A DNA stretch of 40,612 nucleotides from Candidatus Woesearchaeota archaeon (GTDB lineage: Archaea; Nanobdellota; Nanobdellia; SCGC-AAA011-G17; GW2011-AR17): the NCBI GenBank assembly GCA_009691355.1, contig SICW01000001.1, positions 1 to 40,612 of the forward strand, in the 5' to 3' direction. Of this stretch, positions 1 through 8,877 are shown one piece after another; the stretch's first letter is position 1, and each line of letters starts with the position of its first letter. The notes beneath the pieces were generated by a model that searched no databases, was not told the origin of the DNA, and worked only from the letters and a program-made list of their open reading frames with translations. Made by a program: the position numbers and the translations under genes.

Positions 1-1
1 T

Positions 2-592
2 GGAAATCAAGTTACTGTTGAAGTGGACTGTAATCCGAAGCTCGTTGAATTCTGGCTTGGCATTGGATTATTTGGATGGCTTGTTCCAGAGAGTGACAGT
101 GTTGCTCGTGTAGGTATTGTTTCCTATGATCAGCCAGATAAATATCTCCAAAAACTGGTGGATAGACGATGTCCAAAAGCAAAAGTTCTGAGTAAAGAGC
201 CTGGTGCAATTCCGGTCTATAATCCTAAACAAACATTACAGAAAGATTTTGTGTACCTCATTGGTGATGCTGCAACACAAGTAAAGGCAACTTCCTATGG
301 AGGAATTGTTCATGGGATGAGAGCCGCAGAAGTCCTCTCACGAGATATAAAGCATTACCAAAAAAACTGTAGAAAAGAAATAGGTAAAGATTTGTATTTG
401 AGTTTGCTTATACGGAAAGCAATGGATAGATTCTCTGAAGAGGAATACAATGACCTTGTAGAGATGTTCAACCAAGAAAAATTAAAACGTGTTCTTGAAA
501 CTAAGAGTAGAGACTACCCTACGAAATTTGTTCTTGATCTTCTTTTGGCACAACCACGACTATTAAAATTTGGAACAAAAGTATTATTTTAG
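2..592 (+). CDS. FAD-dependent geranylgeranyl reductase family protein, C-terminal part (5' end outside window)
   Basis: The frame is open from nt 2 (GNQVTVEVDCNPK...), so the GTG at 23 in the ORF track is not the real start. LIGDAATQVKATSYGGIVHGM fits the GDAA...GGG FAD-contact region of archaeal geranylgeranyl reductases. Confidence 0.55.
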   Translation, partial: GNQVTVEVDCNPKLVEFWLGIGLFGWLVPESDSVARVGIVSYDQPDKYLQKLVDRRCPKAKVLSKEPGAIPVYNPKQTLQKDFVYLIGDAATQVKATSYGGIVHGMRAAEVLSRDIKHYQKNCRKEIGKDLYLSLLIRKAMDRFSEEEYNDLVEMFNQEKLKRVLETKSRDYPTKFVLDLLLAQPRLLKFGTKVLF

Positions 593-1651
593 TGGATACT
601 TAAGAATCACACCAATTCCACCAAGACCAATAAGTTTCTTTCCTGCATCGTGTTCTGAAGAAATAATATGAACTTCACCATTACTTCTTTCTACTTCTCT
701 CATCATAGAATCTAATAGAATATACCCCCCAGATTCCCTTTTTTCTCGGAGGTACTCATCACTTACCAGCAAAATTTTGACGGCATGAGCCTCTGCTGCT
801 TCTTTTACTTCTTTGAAACCATAAGCAGAAAGTGAAACCTTCGCAATTTCCTTGAAGAGATCTTCTACAAGCATTGTTTCTCTAACCGTACGATCCTGTT
901 TGAGAACAGTCTTTACCTCATCACGCTTAAGAATCTCTTCTATAGCATTTTTTCCCATAGCGTTACATGTTGCAAGAGTTATTTTTGAAGTGAGAGTATT
1001 ATATGATTTTTTTATTACCTTGAGTAAATTTTCCTTCCAAAAGGCAGGGCTTCCTATAATAATATGAACAACTTCATATCTTTTCGCATACTCCTCTACA
1101 TGCTTGGCAACTTCTTCATAGAATTCTTTTTCTTGTGTATTTGCATATCCCTTCTTTCCTACTTCTCCTTCAAGGTCTGCAAGGATTTTGTAGCCAGAAG
1201 CACTGAGAAGAGCAAAAGTCACTTCATCGCGATCTAAAGCAATAATGAGAATCTTTGTACCTTTATCTTCACAGGCTTCATGAATCTTCTGTAAGAGATA
1301 CTTAGGCCAGGATTTTTTAATGATTTTTATGACTGTCCCTTCCTCTATTTCAATGGTATGATAGGAACTAAGAGGAATATCTTCTGGGCCTTGGGTTATT
1401 TTTCCAGAGATACGTAAACCATTAGAAAACTTCTCAAACTCTATTCTTTCTACCTTAATCTTTAGAAAAACGGGCTTTTTTACAATTTTAGTGTTTTGGC
1501 CACTATCATCACCTAGTTTTATCTTCCTTAGTGTTCTTCCTTCCACTTCATCAGAAGCTTCAATACAATGAGAAAGGTACCAGAGGTCATCCAAGCTATT
1601 GACTTCTACCTTTAGTTCTCCTTTATGCAGATCCTGAAATATAATTTTCAT
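584..1651 (-). CDS. pelA: Pelota (Dom34) mRNA surveillance factor
   Basis: 355 aa. The N-terminus MKII..D...GELKVEVNSLDDLWYLSHCIE..DEVEGRTLRK and the eRF1-like length and architecture are typical of archaeal Pelota. Confidence 0.85.
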   Translation of the reverse strand: MKIIFQDLHKGELKVEVNSLDDLWYLSHCIEASDEVEGRTLRKIKLGDDSGQNTKIVKKPVFLKIKVERIEFEKFSNGLRISGKITQGPEDIPLSSYHTIEIEEGTVIKIIKKSWPKYLLQKIHEACEDKGTKILIIALDRDEVTFALLSASGYKILADLEGEVGKKGYANTQEKEFYEEVAKHVEEYAKRYEVVHIIIGSPAFWKENLLKVIKKSYNTLTSKITLATCNAMGKNAIEEILKRDEVKTVLKQDRTVRETMLVEDLFKEIAKVSLSAYGFKEVKEAAEAHAVKILLVSDEYLREKRESGGYILLDSMMREVERSNGEVHIISSEHDAGKKLIGLGGIGVILKYPLK

Positions 1652-1700
1652 CTCAAAAAAGGGAAAAAGTTTATATATACTTAAACTTATCTCATAGCCT

Positions 1701-2876
1701 ATGACAGGGAGAGGAAAACGAGGGCAAACAGCCGTAGAAGTATCTGTTCTTATATTTCTTATTGCGGTTATTATGGTCGGATATATCGTACTCTTACCTG
1801 AAGAAGATAGAAATGAGCTTTTAGGAAGTAGTTCTGATGGAAGTACTACGGGTAGTAGTGATAGTGGATCTGCAGAAACCTTGCTTTCTGAGTCTCCAGG
1901 AGATGTTCAATCTGAAAAGAGTAGCACCCAAATAAGAGCACTAGAACCTATGAGACTTTATTCTACTACAGAATCTAATACACAAACCTTATCTGCTTCT
2001 CTTACTGTTTCTCGAAATATTATCCAAAATAACTATAAGATTGTGAACTTTGATATTGAAAACTTTGATACCATCGCTGGTTCACAACTTCTGTTTTTAG
2101 TCTCTGATTCTAAGGGAGAAATTACCATTCTTCTCAATGACCACCTTATCTATGAAGGAGAACTTACAAGCAATGCACTTCCTTTGGATCTTCCGGTGAG
2201 TTACCTTCAAGAAACAGGAAATGAACTCAAACTATCTACAAGTCTTACTTGGAATATATTTTCTCCAAACTACTATCTCTTACAAGATGTTCAACTTATT
2301 GAGGATTACACCGTTGCAGATACCACTGCTTCACGAACATTCTCTGTTGAAGACCCTTCCCAAGTTACTGATGCTACATTAACCTACTTTATTACTTGTA
2401 ATTCTGATGATGATGGCATACTAAGTGTTTCTTTGAACTCCCAAGAAGTCTTTAGTGATCAAATTTTCTGTGAGTATTTGAATGAAAGAGAATTGAGTTT
2501 AGATACGGATTACTTAAAGACAAGTAATAGTTTGAAATTTGAAATTAATGAAGGAGACTACAATATTGAAGAAGGGCAAGTTGCAATAAAGACAAGAACA
2601 AAAGACTATCCTAGCTTTACTTTTGATATTGATTCTGATCTTTATGATGAAATTAGTTCTGGAAGTAAAGACGTTTATCTCAAGATGACTTTTGATAATG
2701 CAGATGATGAGAAAGAAGGGACCATCCTCATACAGGAATACTCCTTTAGCTTTAATACAGAGGATAATACCTATGAAAAGAAGATAACGGATTACATTGA
2801 TGATGGAGCAAATACCATTACATTAGAACCTGCATCAGACTTTACTATTGATAATTTGAAAGTGTATGTAGAATAG
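1701..2876 (+). CDS. Secreted or surface protein with class III (type IV pilin-like) signal peptide
   Basis: The N-terminus is MTGRGKRGQTAVEVSVLIFLIAVIMVGYIV: a basic stretch, KRG|Q, Glu at +5, then a hydrophobic helix. A Ser/Thr/Asp-rich mature part follows. A GTTTATATATA box (1669-1679) ends 22 nt upstream of the ATG. Confidence 0.5.
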   Translation: MTGRGKRGQTAVEVSVLIFLIAVIMVGYIVLLPEEDRNELLGSSSDGSTTGSSDSGSAETLLSESPGDVQSEKSSTQIRALEPMRLYSTTESNTQTLSASLTVSRNIIQNNYKIVNFDIENFDTIAGSQLLFLVSDSKGEITILLNDHLIYEGELTSNALPLDLPVSYLQETGNELKLSTSLTWNIFSPNYYLLQDVQLIEDYTVADTTASRTFSVEDPSQVTDATLTYFITCNSDDDGILSVSLNSQEVFSDQIFCEYLNERELSLDTDYLKTSNSLKFEINEGDYNIEEGQVAIKTRTKDYPSFTFDIDSDLYDEISSGSKDVYLKMTFDNADDEKEGTILIQEYSFSFNTEDNTYEKKITDYIDDGANTITLEPASDFTIDNLKVYVE

Positions 2877-3072
2877 AATCTAAATAAATAATATGCTTTG
2901 TTTCCTCTCTTATAATTCTATTTAAACTACTAAAATTGGCAAAATAGGTTCTTAGCGTCCCTTTAGTCTCTTCATCAAATATCGTAGATTACCTTCACCA
3001 GGCTTGGTACACACATTTCCAACTCATCCTTGTAGGTTCATGTATAAAGAAAAAAATTAGAAGTATAAACAG

Positions 3073-3837
3073 TTATCCAAAGTAGTTCGGTTCTGTAGAA
3101 CCCCTTTCTCCAGAGGTATTACTGACGCCCTTGCTTCGAGAAAGAATTTCTTTTTCAATTTCATCAATCTCATCAGAAAGCTTTGCAAGATCAAGTTTTA
3201 AAGTAAATTTACTATTCAGAACATTCAAAGTCTCTTTTGCACCTTTAATTCCCAAGTACGCAGGATGCGCAAAGGTTTGTGCAAGCAAGGCTGCTGCAGG
3301 TATTTTTCTTCGTTGTGCAACCCCTAAAAGAACACCAGTGACACCAATAATTGGGCCAACAACACCATAAATTTTATCACTTGCATAAGGAAAGGTCTTT
3401 ACATACGCTTTGTTTGTACCAGTAATGTAGACTTTGGGTTTTTTTGGAATTTTCTGTAAGCCAATACCACCAAGAGTTATGACTTCTTTTCCGTTATACT
3501 CTAATACAAGGTCCATAACAAAGTTACAAAATTCGTAGCAAGAAGGCTCATCAATAGGCTGAATATCACCTGCTAAAAATAGAAAGTCTTGCTTGTTAAT
3601 CGTTGCATGATACACACTAATCACAGGTAAGTCAATGAGATTTTTTTCGTTAATAAACACAGAATGAGGAAAGTAATGTGAATAAATATTCAAAAACTTT
3701 TTTGCTTTGACGTTCTCAATAAGAAAATCCATCGCTATTTTTCCGACGTTTCCTATACCTGGAAGGCCTTCAATCAGAACAGGGCTCTTTAGGCTGGGTT
3801 TTGCCAAATATTCTACTTCAAATTTTTCTTTTTGCAT
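3073..3837 (-). CDS. PAC2 (proteasome assembly chaperone-like, COG1938) family protein
   Basis: LIEGLPGIGNVGKIAMDFLIE near the N-terminus. The gene follows Nop10, as in many archaea. I prefer the ATG at 3837 over the TTG at 3846 used by the ORF track. Confidence 0.55.
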   Translation of the reverse strand: MQKEKFEVEYLAKPSLKSPVLIEGLPGIGNVGKIAMDFLIENVKAKKFLNIYSHYFPHSVFINEKNLIDLPVISVYHATINKQDFLFLAGDIQPIDEPSCYEFCNFVMDLVLEYNGKEVITLGGIGLQKIPKKPKVYITGTNKAYVKTFPYASDKIYGVVGPIIGVTGVLLGVAQRRKIPAAALLAQTFAHPAYLGIKGAKETLNVLNSKFTLKLDLAKLSDEIDEIEKEILSRSKGVSNTSGERGSTEPNYFG

Positions 3838-3860
3838 TTTAATCAAAAACGAAAGTCAAT

Positions 3861-4028
3861 TTATAAATCTTTGGCATGCTCTTTTTTATATTCACGCCTG
3901 TATACGCCATACTTATCTTCTGGGCTGAATTTTGCAGGACGAGTTGTTACAGGTTTATTTCTACAAGAACAGAGCTCTTTAAGTGTATATTTTTTACATA
4001 CAGAACAGTAGAGAATGGAAAGGCTCAT
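3861..4028 (-). CDS. nop10: H/ACA RNP protein Nop10 (55 aa, absent from ORF track)
   Basis: Hand translation gives MSLSILYCSVCKKYTLKELCSCRNKPVTTRPAKFSPEDKYGVYRREYKKEHAKDL. It has the Cys knuckle plus the P.(K/R)FSP.DKY..YRR signature. Its ATG overlaps the aIF2-alpha stop codon (ATGA). Confidence 0.85.
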   Translation of the reverse strand: MSLSILYCSVCKKYTLKELCSCRNKPVTTRPAKFSPEDKYGVYRREYKKEHAKDL

Positions 4029-4819
4029 TTTTTACGTATAACTTCACCTAAAGCTTTTCTTTTTTTCATCTCTCCAATAATTACTTGGGTGACTTCTTCA
4101 AGCTCATCCTCAGCAGTCTTATATTCATTTGAGGTTACTTCAATACGATAATTTGGAGCTGAAATGTACACCATGTTTACTTGGATTTCATTCTTCTTTG
4201 CAAATTTTTCCCCTTCTTGTAATGCTTCTTTAATGTCTTCAATTCCTTTTTCAGAGAAACTTTGTAAGACAAGGGTTGCGTTTACAATAACTTCAGGAGG
4301 TTTAATTTTATCTTGAACAATAGTTACTAGGAGCTCAACTTCTTTTTCAGGGAAATTTAATTCTGTTATAGCTTCTTTTCCATGAATAGCGATTTCGTTG
4401 AATGCAATACCTAAGAGACCAAAATGATCAATAAGTTTAAAGCCCATCTTTTGATATATCCCATTCAGATCTAATTTGAGTTCTTTTCCAATATATTCTA
4501 GAAGTTTTTCAGATTTTATTTCTTGTTTGTATTCTTCATTCTTTTTCGTTCTTAGAGATAAAGGAACTCTTCGTAAAGAAAGATCAACTTGCCTTCGTTC
4601 TTGATCTACACGAAGGACCTGGCAAACTAATTTCTTGCCTTCTATAACATAATCACGAATATTACGAATCCTTCCTGGAGCAATTTCAGAAATGTGGATC
4701 ATACCTTCTTGATGCTCATACTCATCAAGATCTGCAAAAATGGAATGAAAAAGAATCTTCTTTACTGTACAGAGCACCACACTATTTTCTTCAGGTAGAC
4801 CTTTTTTCTTATAAAACAT
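4025..4819 (-). CDS. eif2a: Translation initiation factor aIF2 alpha subunit
   Basis: The N-terminal S1 domain reads LPEENSVVLCTVKKI...GMIHISEIAPGRIRNIRDYVIEGKKLVCQVLRVD. It sits in the conserved S27e-aIF2a-Nop10 order. Confidence 0.85.
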   Translation of the reverse strand: MFYKKKGLPEENSVVLCTVKKILFHSIFADLDEYEHQEGMIHISEIAPGRIRNIRDYVIEGKKLVCQVLRVDQERRQVDLSLRRVPLSLRTKKNEEYKQEIKSEKLLEYIGKELKLDLNGIYQKMGFKLIDHFGLLGIAFNEIAIHGKEAITELNFPEKEVELLVTIVQDKIKPPEVIVNATLVLQSFSEKGIEDIKEALQEGEKFAKKNEIQVNMVYISAPNYRIEVTSNEYKTAEDELEEVTQVIIGEMKKRKALGEVIRKK

Positions 4820-4852
4820 AGGATAGAAAATAAACTAGGTCTTTAAAAAGGT

Positions 4853-5029
4853 TTACTTGAGAATTTCAAGAGGATGTACTGTAAATTTCGTTTTGCCACC
4901 AGTTGGTGTTCCAAGTACTTCACCGCAAACTAAGCAATGAACTGGGGTTGCTGCTTTTCCAAAAACAACTTGCTCGTTTTTGCACTTGCAACGAATCTTT
5001 ACAAATTTTCCTTTAGGTTCTTGAATCAT
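4853..5029 (-). CDS. rps27e: Ribosomal protein eS27 (58 aa, absent from ORF track)
   Basis: Hand translation gives [58 protein letters not shown], with a C-x-C...C-x2-C zinc ribbon. It lies between L44e and aIF2a. Confidence 0.85.
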   Translation of the reverse strand: MIQEPKGKFVKIRCKCKNEQVVFGKAATPVHCLVCGEVLGTPTGGKTKFTVHPLEILK

Positions 5030-5031
5030 GT

Positions 5032-5349
5032 TTATACTAACTCCAATTTCTTTGTTCGAATACCGCCACTTTGTACAAGGATTTTATTACAGGTGTTACA
5101 TTTGTATCTAAGGTCAACTTTCTTAGAAATCTTTGCACCTGTTCTCTTAAACTTAGAGATAGCCGGCTTAGAATATTTATTATAATTTCCATATCCTCGA
5201 CGAAGTCCACGACCGCGTAGTCTACTGTTAGACCCACGAGACATGGGATGAGCAGTACTTCTTGTTCGCTTCTTTGCTTCAGAAACTGTCATTTCTGTAT
5301 GTTTTTTACATTTAGGACAGTAATGCTTGATTTTTTTAGGTACTTTCAT
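5032..5349 (-). CDS. rpl44e: Ribosomal protein eL42 (L44e)
   Basis: [22 protein letters not shown]...YKCNTCNK: a four-Cys zinc ribbon in a highly basic protein of typical length. Confidence 0.85.
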   Translation of the reverse strand: MKVPKKIKHYCPKCKKHTEMTVSEAKKRTRSTAHPMSRGSNSRLRGRGLRRGYGNYNKYSKPAISKFKRTGAKISKKVDLRYKCNTCNKILVQSGGIRTKKLELV

Positions 5350-5953
5350 TTTTTGCTTGCTCGGTGTTTACGAGCATTTCGGCAATCATTTGTGGTAGCT
5401 GTTGATGATCTCCAGCCTTAAATGGGCCATAGACCGTTAAATCAGGTCCCACAAACTCAGGAATGTCTTTCAAGACCTGAATCGATAAGCTATCAGTTTT
5501 CTCTTCTCCTTTTAAATCTTTCGGGTCTATCGGCTGTATCGAAGGCATTCTACTCTGTAGAACAGTATTGAGAAGGCCGTCTCTATAAAGATCCAAGTTG
5601 TCTTTTAAAGTGCTGTATAATGCAAACTCCTCAGGAAGCATTGTAGAGGTATCCTGCGCATTTTTGCTTCTTGAGCAGAAAAGAGCGAACTGAATAATTT
5701 TATTCTCCCTCTTTTCATAGAGTTCTCTTAAAATCTTTAAAACATTCTTTAACTGAGTCTGAGTTTTTTCTACTTCTGTGGAAGCAAATATGCTCTGTTT
5801 CTTTGATTGTGATTCCAGAATAGCAGTCTTTTCTTGGAGGTACTTTACCACATCCTGATAGAATGTTTCATCAATTTTTTGTAGCTCTGTACGATATTTT
5901 TCTCTACGAAGTAGTTCATATAAATTTTCGTAGGTGATGATCACTTCTGCCAT
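5336..5953 (-). CDS. GINS subunit (Gins51-like) replication factor
   Basis: The N-terminus is ITYENLYELLRREK...LQKIDETFYQDV and the C-terminus is VLKDIPEFVGPDLTVYGPFKAGD..LP, matching the archaeal Gins51 pattern. I prefer the ATG at 5953 over the TTG at 5962. Confidence 0.5.
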   Translation of the reverse strand: MAEVIITYENLYELLRREKYRTELQKIDETFYQDVVKYLQEKTAILESQSKKQSIFASTEVEKTQTQLKNVLKILRELYEKRENKIIQFALFCSRSKNAQDTSTMLPEEFALYSTLKDNLDLYRDGLLNTVLQSRMPSIQPIDPKDLKGEEKTDSLSIQVLKDIPEFVGPDLTVYGPFKAGDHQQLPQMIAEMLVNTEQAKNEST

Positions 5954-6016
5954 ATATTGCAAAGGGAGGAGTTTCTTTAAATCAATTTCTATGTTCTGTA
6001 CTGGAATTTGTATGGT

Positions 6017-6367
6017 TTAGATGTAAGAGTTTATTGTAGCTAGGCCACTTGTTTTAGATATTGCAGGGATACCTTTCTCTTTACATGCAAGAATTACACG
6101 ATCGCTTCCTGAAATAGCAAGGAATTTTACTCCTGGTTGAACTCTTACGCGTTCATACACTGTTTCTGCTGGAGTTATGTCTCTTCCTCCATATGTTCCG
6201 AGATTTGGATCCATCACATACAACCCATAGTTCCTTTCATCCATTCTTGCTAACATATCATCGAGTGTTGCAACTGAATGAATTTGCCACCCTTTGTCTT
6301 GTGCAAGCTCTTCTATCGTTTCTCTCCAGCTAAGATCATGCATTGCAATTAACGCTCGGCGTTCCAT
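6017..6367 (-). CDS. Stand-alone CheY-like receiver-fold protein (putative)
   Basis: 116 aa. The layout is beta1 ALIAMHD, beta3 GLYVMDPNLG, beta4 FLAISGS and beta5 ISKTS. This mirrors the acidic pocket, phospho-Asp, Ser/Thr and Lys positions of a receiver domain. No kinase partner is in the window. Confidence 0.35.
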   Translation of the reverse strand: MERRALIAMHDLSWRETIEELAQDKGWQIHSVATLDDMLARMDERNYGLYVMDPNLGTYGGRDITPAETVYERVRVQPGVKFLAISGSDRVILACKEKGIPAISKTSGLATINSYI

Positions 6368-6459
6368 ATTCTTTTTTTTTCACTATTCTTTTATTTAAAA
6401 CTATCGTTTCGTTTTTGGTGATTCGTAACTATTATAACTATTACCTTCTGAAAAAACGT

Positions 6460-6783
6460 ATGAAATATATTTGGATTCTTTTGGCTTTCTTCCTTCTTCT
6501 CTCAGGATGCTCTAGTAGTGCAAATACGAACGCTATCCTTGAGGTACAAACATATACTCTTGAAGAGGTATCCCTTCATAATTCCTCAGAGAGTTGTTAT
6601 ACTGCTATTGATGGAAAAGTCTATGATCTGACTACTTGGATTGCAATACACCCAGGAGGGGATGCTGCGATTTTAAGCCTCTGTGGGATAGATGGCTCAG
6701 AAAAGTTTAATGAGAAACATGGAAATAGTGGTTCTGCAAAGTACGAACTCTCTTTATTCTACATAGGGGAGCTTGCCCCATAA
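6460..6783 (+). CDS. Lipobox-anchored cytochrome b5-like heme/steroid-binding domain protein
   Basis: MKYIWILLAFFLLLSGC carries a lipobox. YTLEEVSLHNSSESCYTAIDGKVYDLTTWIAIHPGG is the cytochrome b5 HPGG motif. The upstream part of ORF 6343.. overlaps the neighbouring gene and is low complexity. Confidence 0.6.
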   Translation: MKYIWILLAFFLLLSGCSSSANTNAILEVQTYTLEEVSLHNSSESCYTAIDGKVYDLTTWIAIHPGGDAAILSLCGIDGSEKFNEKHGNSGSAKYELSLFYIGELAP

Positions 6784-6814
6784 TTTTTTAAAGTTCTTCT
6801 TCTTTTAGAGTACT

Positions 6815-7396
6815 ATGAAATATATGATATACCTCTTTCGCCACGGGCAAACGTATTATAACAAGTCTGGACGCTTTACTGGAGATATTAATTCTCACCT
6901 TACCCCTCAAGGAGTGAAAGATGCAAAGAAAATTGCACAAAAGCTTAAGGGAAATATCGTGGATTATGCTTTTCAGACACGACTTTCACGATCGAAAGAT
7001 ACTTTGAAGTATGTTTTACGTTTTCATCCAGAATGTAAAAAGATCATCAATGATGATCGAATGATTGAGAGGGACTATGGCCTTTTAAAAGGAAAATATC
7101 ATGCACGAATTATTGTACAATATGGGCAAAAACAATTTGATACATGGCACCGTTCTTACGAAACGAGACCACCTGGTGGAGAAAGTATTAAGGATGTAGA
7201 GAAACGAGTAGAGGCTTTTATTAAAGATCTGCTTATCTTTATGAAGAAACATAAAGGAAATGTTGCTATTTCTGCACATGGAAATTCTATGAGACCATTC
7301 CGAAAACATTTTGAACACCTGAGTAGAGAAAAAATGATGCAACTAGAAAATCCTTGGGATGATTATTTTGCATACTCTGTGGAAAATGAAAATTAA
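6815..7396 (+). CDS. Histidine phosphatase (phosphoglycerate mutase-like) family protein
   Basis: It has the LFRHGQTYYN (RHG catalytic motif) and a downstream ISAHGNSMR second-His motif. Confidence 0.7.
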   Translation: MKYMIYLFRHGQTYYNKSGRFTGDINSHLTPQGVKDAKKIAQKLKGNIVDYAFQTRLSRSKDTLKYVLRFHPECKKIINDDRMIERDYGLLKGKYHARIIVQYGQKQFDTWHRSYETRPPGGESIKDVEKRVEAFIKDLLIFMKKHKGNVAISAHGNSMRPFRKHFEHLSREKMMQLENPWDDYFAYSVENEN

Positions 7397-8246
7397 AGAA
7401 TTACCGGAAGATTTTATTGTAGAAGAAGTTATGAATCTTCACTTGGAAGAGGGGCAATACTACTATTATCTTGTTACAAAGAGAAACTGGAATACTCTTG
7501 ACCTTGTTCATGAGATTGCTGAACGTCTTCATGTAAAAGATGTGGGATATGCGGGCATTAAAGATAGAAACGCAGTTACTTCACAGTATATTTCTGTAAA
7601 TAAAAAAATACCTTTTACTTTGAAAGATGTTACATTTACTTTTATTGGAACGGGAAAAGAAAGGATATTTATTGGAGCTTTAGAAGGGAACAGGTTTACT
7701 ATTATTGTACGAGATCTTGACAAAAAATTAAAAGAAGTCAAAGACGTTGTGAATTATTTTGGAGAACAACGTTTTAGCCTCAAGAATGCCCTTATAGGTA
7801 AAATGCTTGTGCAGAAAAAGTTCAAAGAAGCCTGTACTGAACTAGAACTCACTGCTGAGAAGAATGATTATGTTGGAGCATTGAAAAGGATAGGAAAGGA
7901 TACATTGAGATTTTATGTTCATGCATACCAAAGTGAGCTTTGGAATAGACTTGCTGCAAAGAGTAAGAAGAAAGTCATTCCCATTATTGGGTATCTTACA
8001 GAAGGAAAAGACTATGAAAAAATCTTGGAAGAAGAAGAGGTTTGCCAAGAAGATTTCATCATTCGAAGCTTTCCAGATATAGGGGCTGAGGGTGGACAAC
8101 GTGAACGGATAGTTCAAGTAAAGGAGTTTAAGACTCTTTCATTTACTGATGATGAACTTCACCTTGGAAAGAAAAAACAGGTTATCTCTTTCTGTTTAGA
8201 CAAAGGAGCATATGCTACGACTGTTATAGAAGCATTATCTATTTAA
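7386..8246 (+). CDS. truD: tRNA pseudouridine synthase TruD/Pus7 family (short form)
   Basis: It has the ELPEDFIVEE start, GIKDRNAVTSQ (the GxKDxxAxTxQ catalytic Asp motif) and NYFGEQRF. The ATG at 7386 overlaps the upstream stop by 11 nt. At 286 aa it is short for the family. Confidence 0.7.
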   Translation: MKIKELPEDFIVEEVMNLHLEEGQYYYYLVTKRNWNTLDLVHEIAERLHVKDVGYAGIKDRNAVTSQYISVNKKIPFTLKDVTFTFIGTGKERIFIGALEGNRFTIIVRDLDKKLKEVKDVVNYFGEQRFSLKNALIGKMLVQKKFKEACTELELTAEKNDYVGALKRIGKDTLRFYVHAYQSELWNRLAAKSKKKVIPIIGYLTEGKDYEKILEEEEVCQEDFIIRSFPDIGAEGGQRERIVQVKEFKTLSFTDDELHLGKKKQVISFCLDKGAYATTVIEALSI

Positions 8247-8269
8247 ATCTTAAAATTCCTTCCTTAGTT

Positions 8270-8839
8270 ATGACTCAAAAGTTTAGGGTTATCTTTATTC
8301 ATGGCAATGAGACTATACGCTGGTCTTACCTCTGGACCCCTTGGTTAAAAGAAGAACTAGAAAAACTAGGCTTAGATGTTATTTTTGAAACCTTTCCAGA
8401 TTCTATTATGGCAAGGAAAGAGTATTGGCTAGAATTTTTAGGAAAAGATTATTTGAAAGCAGATGAACATACCCTCCTTATTGGGCATTCTTCTGGAGCA
8501 ACTGCTGCAATGAAGTTTGCTGAAGAGAATACGATCTTTGGATCTATTCTTATATCCCCATCTTACACAGATTTAGGTTTAGAATCGGAAAGAGTGAGTG
8601 GTTGGTATGATGATCCTTGGAATTGGGATAAAATAAGAAAGAATCAAAAGTTTATAGGACTGTTCTATTCCAAAAATGATGAAATTATCCCCTTGCAAGA
8701 ATTTTTAGAGATTCAAGAAAAAATCAAACCAGATGAAGTACGAGCCTTTGAGACAAATGGGCATTTTATCAAACAGAGAACCTTTCCTGAAGTTGTAGCC
8801 TCCGTTTCTCAATTATTAGAAGATAAAAATTCAGAATAA
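8270..8839 (+). CDS. Alpha/beta serine hydrolase (YdeN/RBBP9-like)
   Basis: It has a GHSSG nucleophile elbow and a late NGHF His. The size of about 190 aa fits this family. Confidence 0.5.
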   Translation: MTQKFRVIFIHGNETIRWSYLWTPWLKEELEKLGLDVIFETFPDSIMARKEYWLEFLGKDYLKADEHTLLIGHSSGATAAMKFAEENTIFGSILISPSYTDLGLESERVSGWYDDPWNWDKIRKNQKFIGLFYSKNDEIIPLQEFLEIQEKIKPDEVRAFETNGHFIKQRTFPEVVASVSQLLEDKNSE

Positions 8840-8877
8840 AGTAAACTTTAAATAGAGTGTATTCACTTTTAAAAGCT

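Noticed and set aside
2877-3072. 196-nt spacer between convergent genes, examined for a C/D or H/ACA small RNA. A TTGATGA sits on the minus strand at about 2972-2978.
   Set aside because: There is no matching D box (CTGA) at a suitable distance, no terminal stem and no convincing hairpin-ACA arrangement.
3707-4151. Plus-strand ORFs 3707..3928 and 3876..4151.
   Set aside because: The same interval on the minus strand encodes a textbook Nop10 (3861..4028) and the ends of aIF2-alpha and PAC2.
4937-5237. ORFs 4937..5185 (+) and 5037..5237 (-).
   Set aside because: They overlap S27e and L44e. The minus-strand zinc-ribbon ribosomal proteins explain the region.
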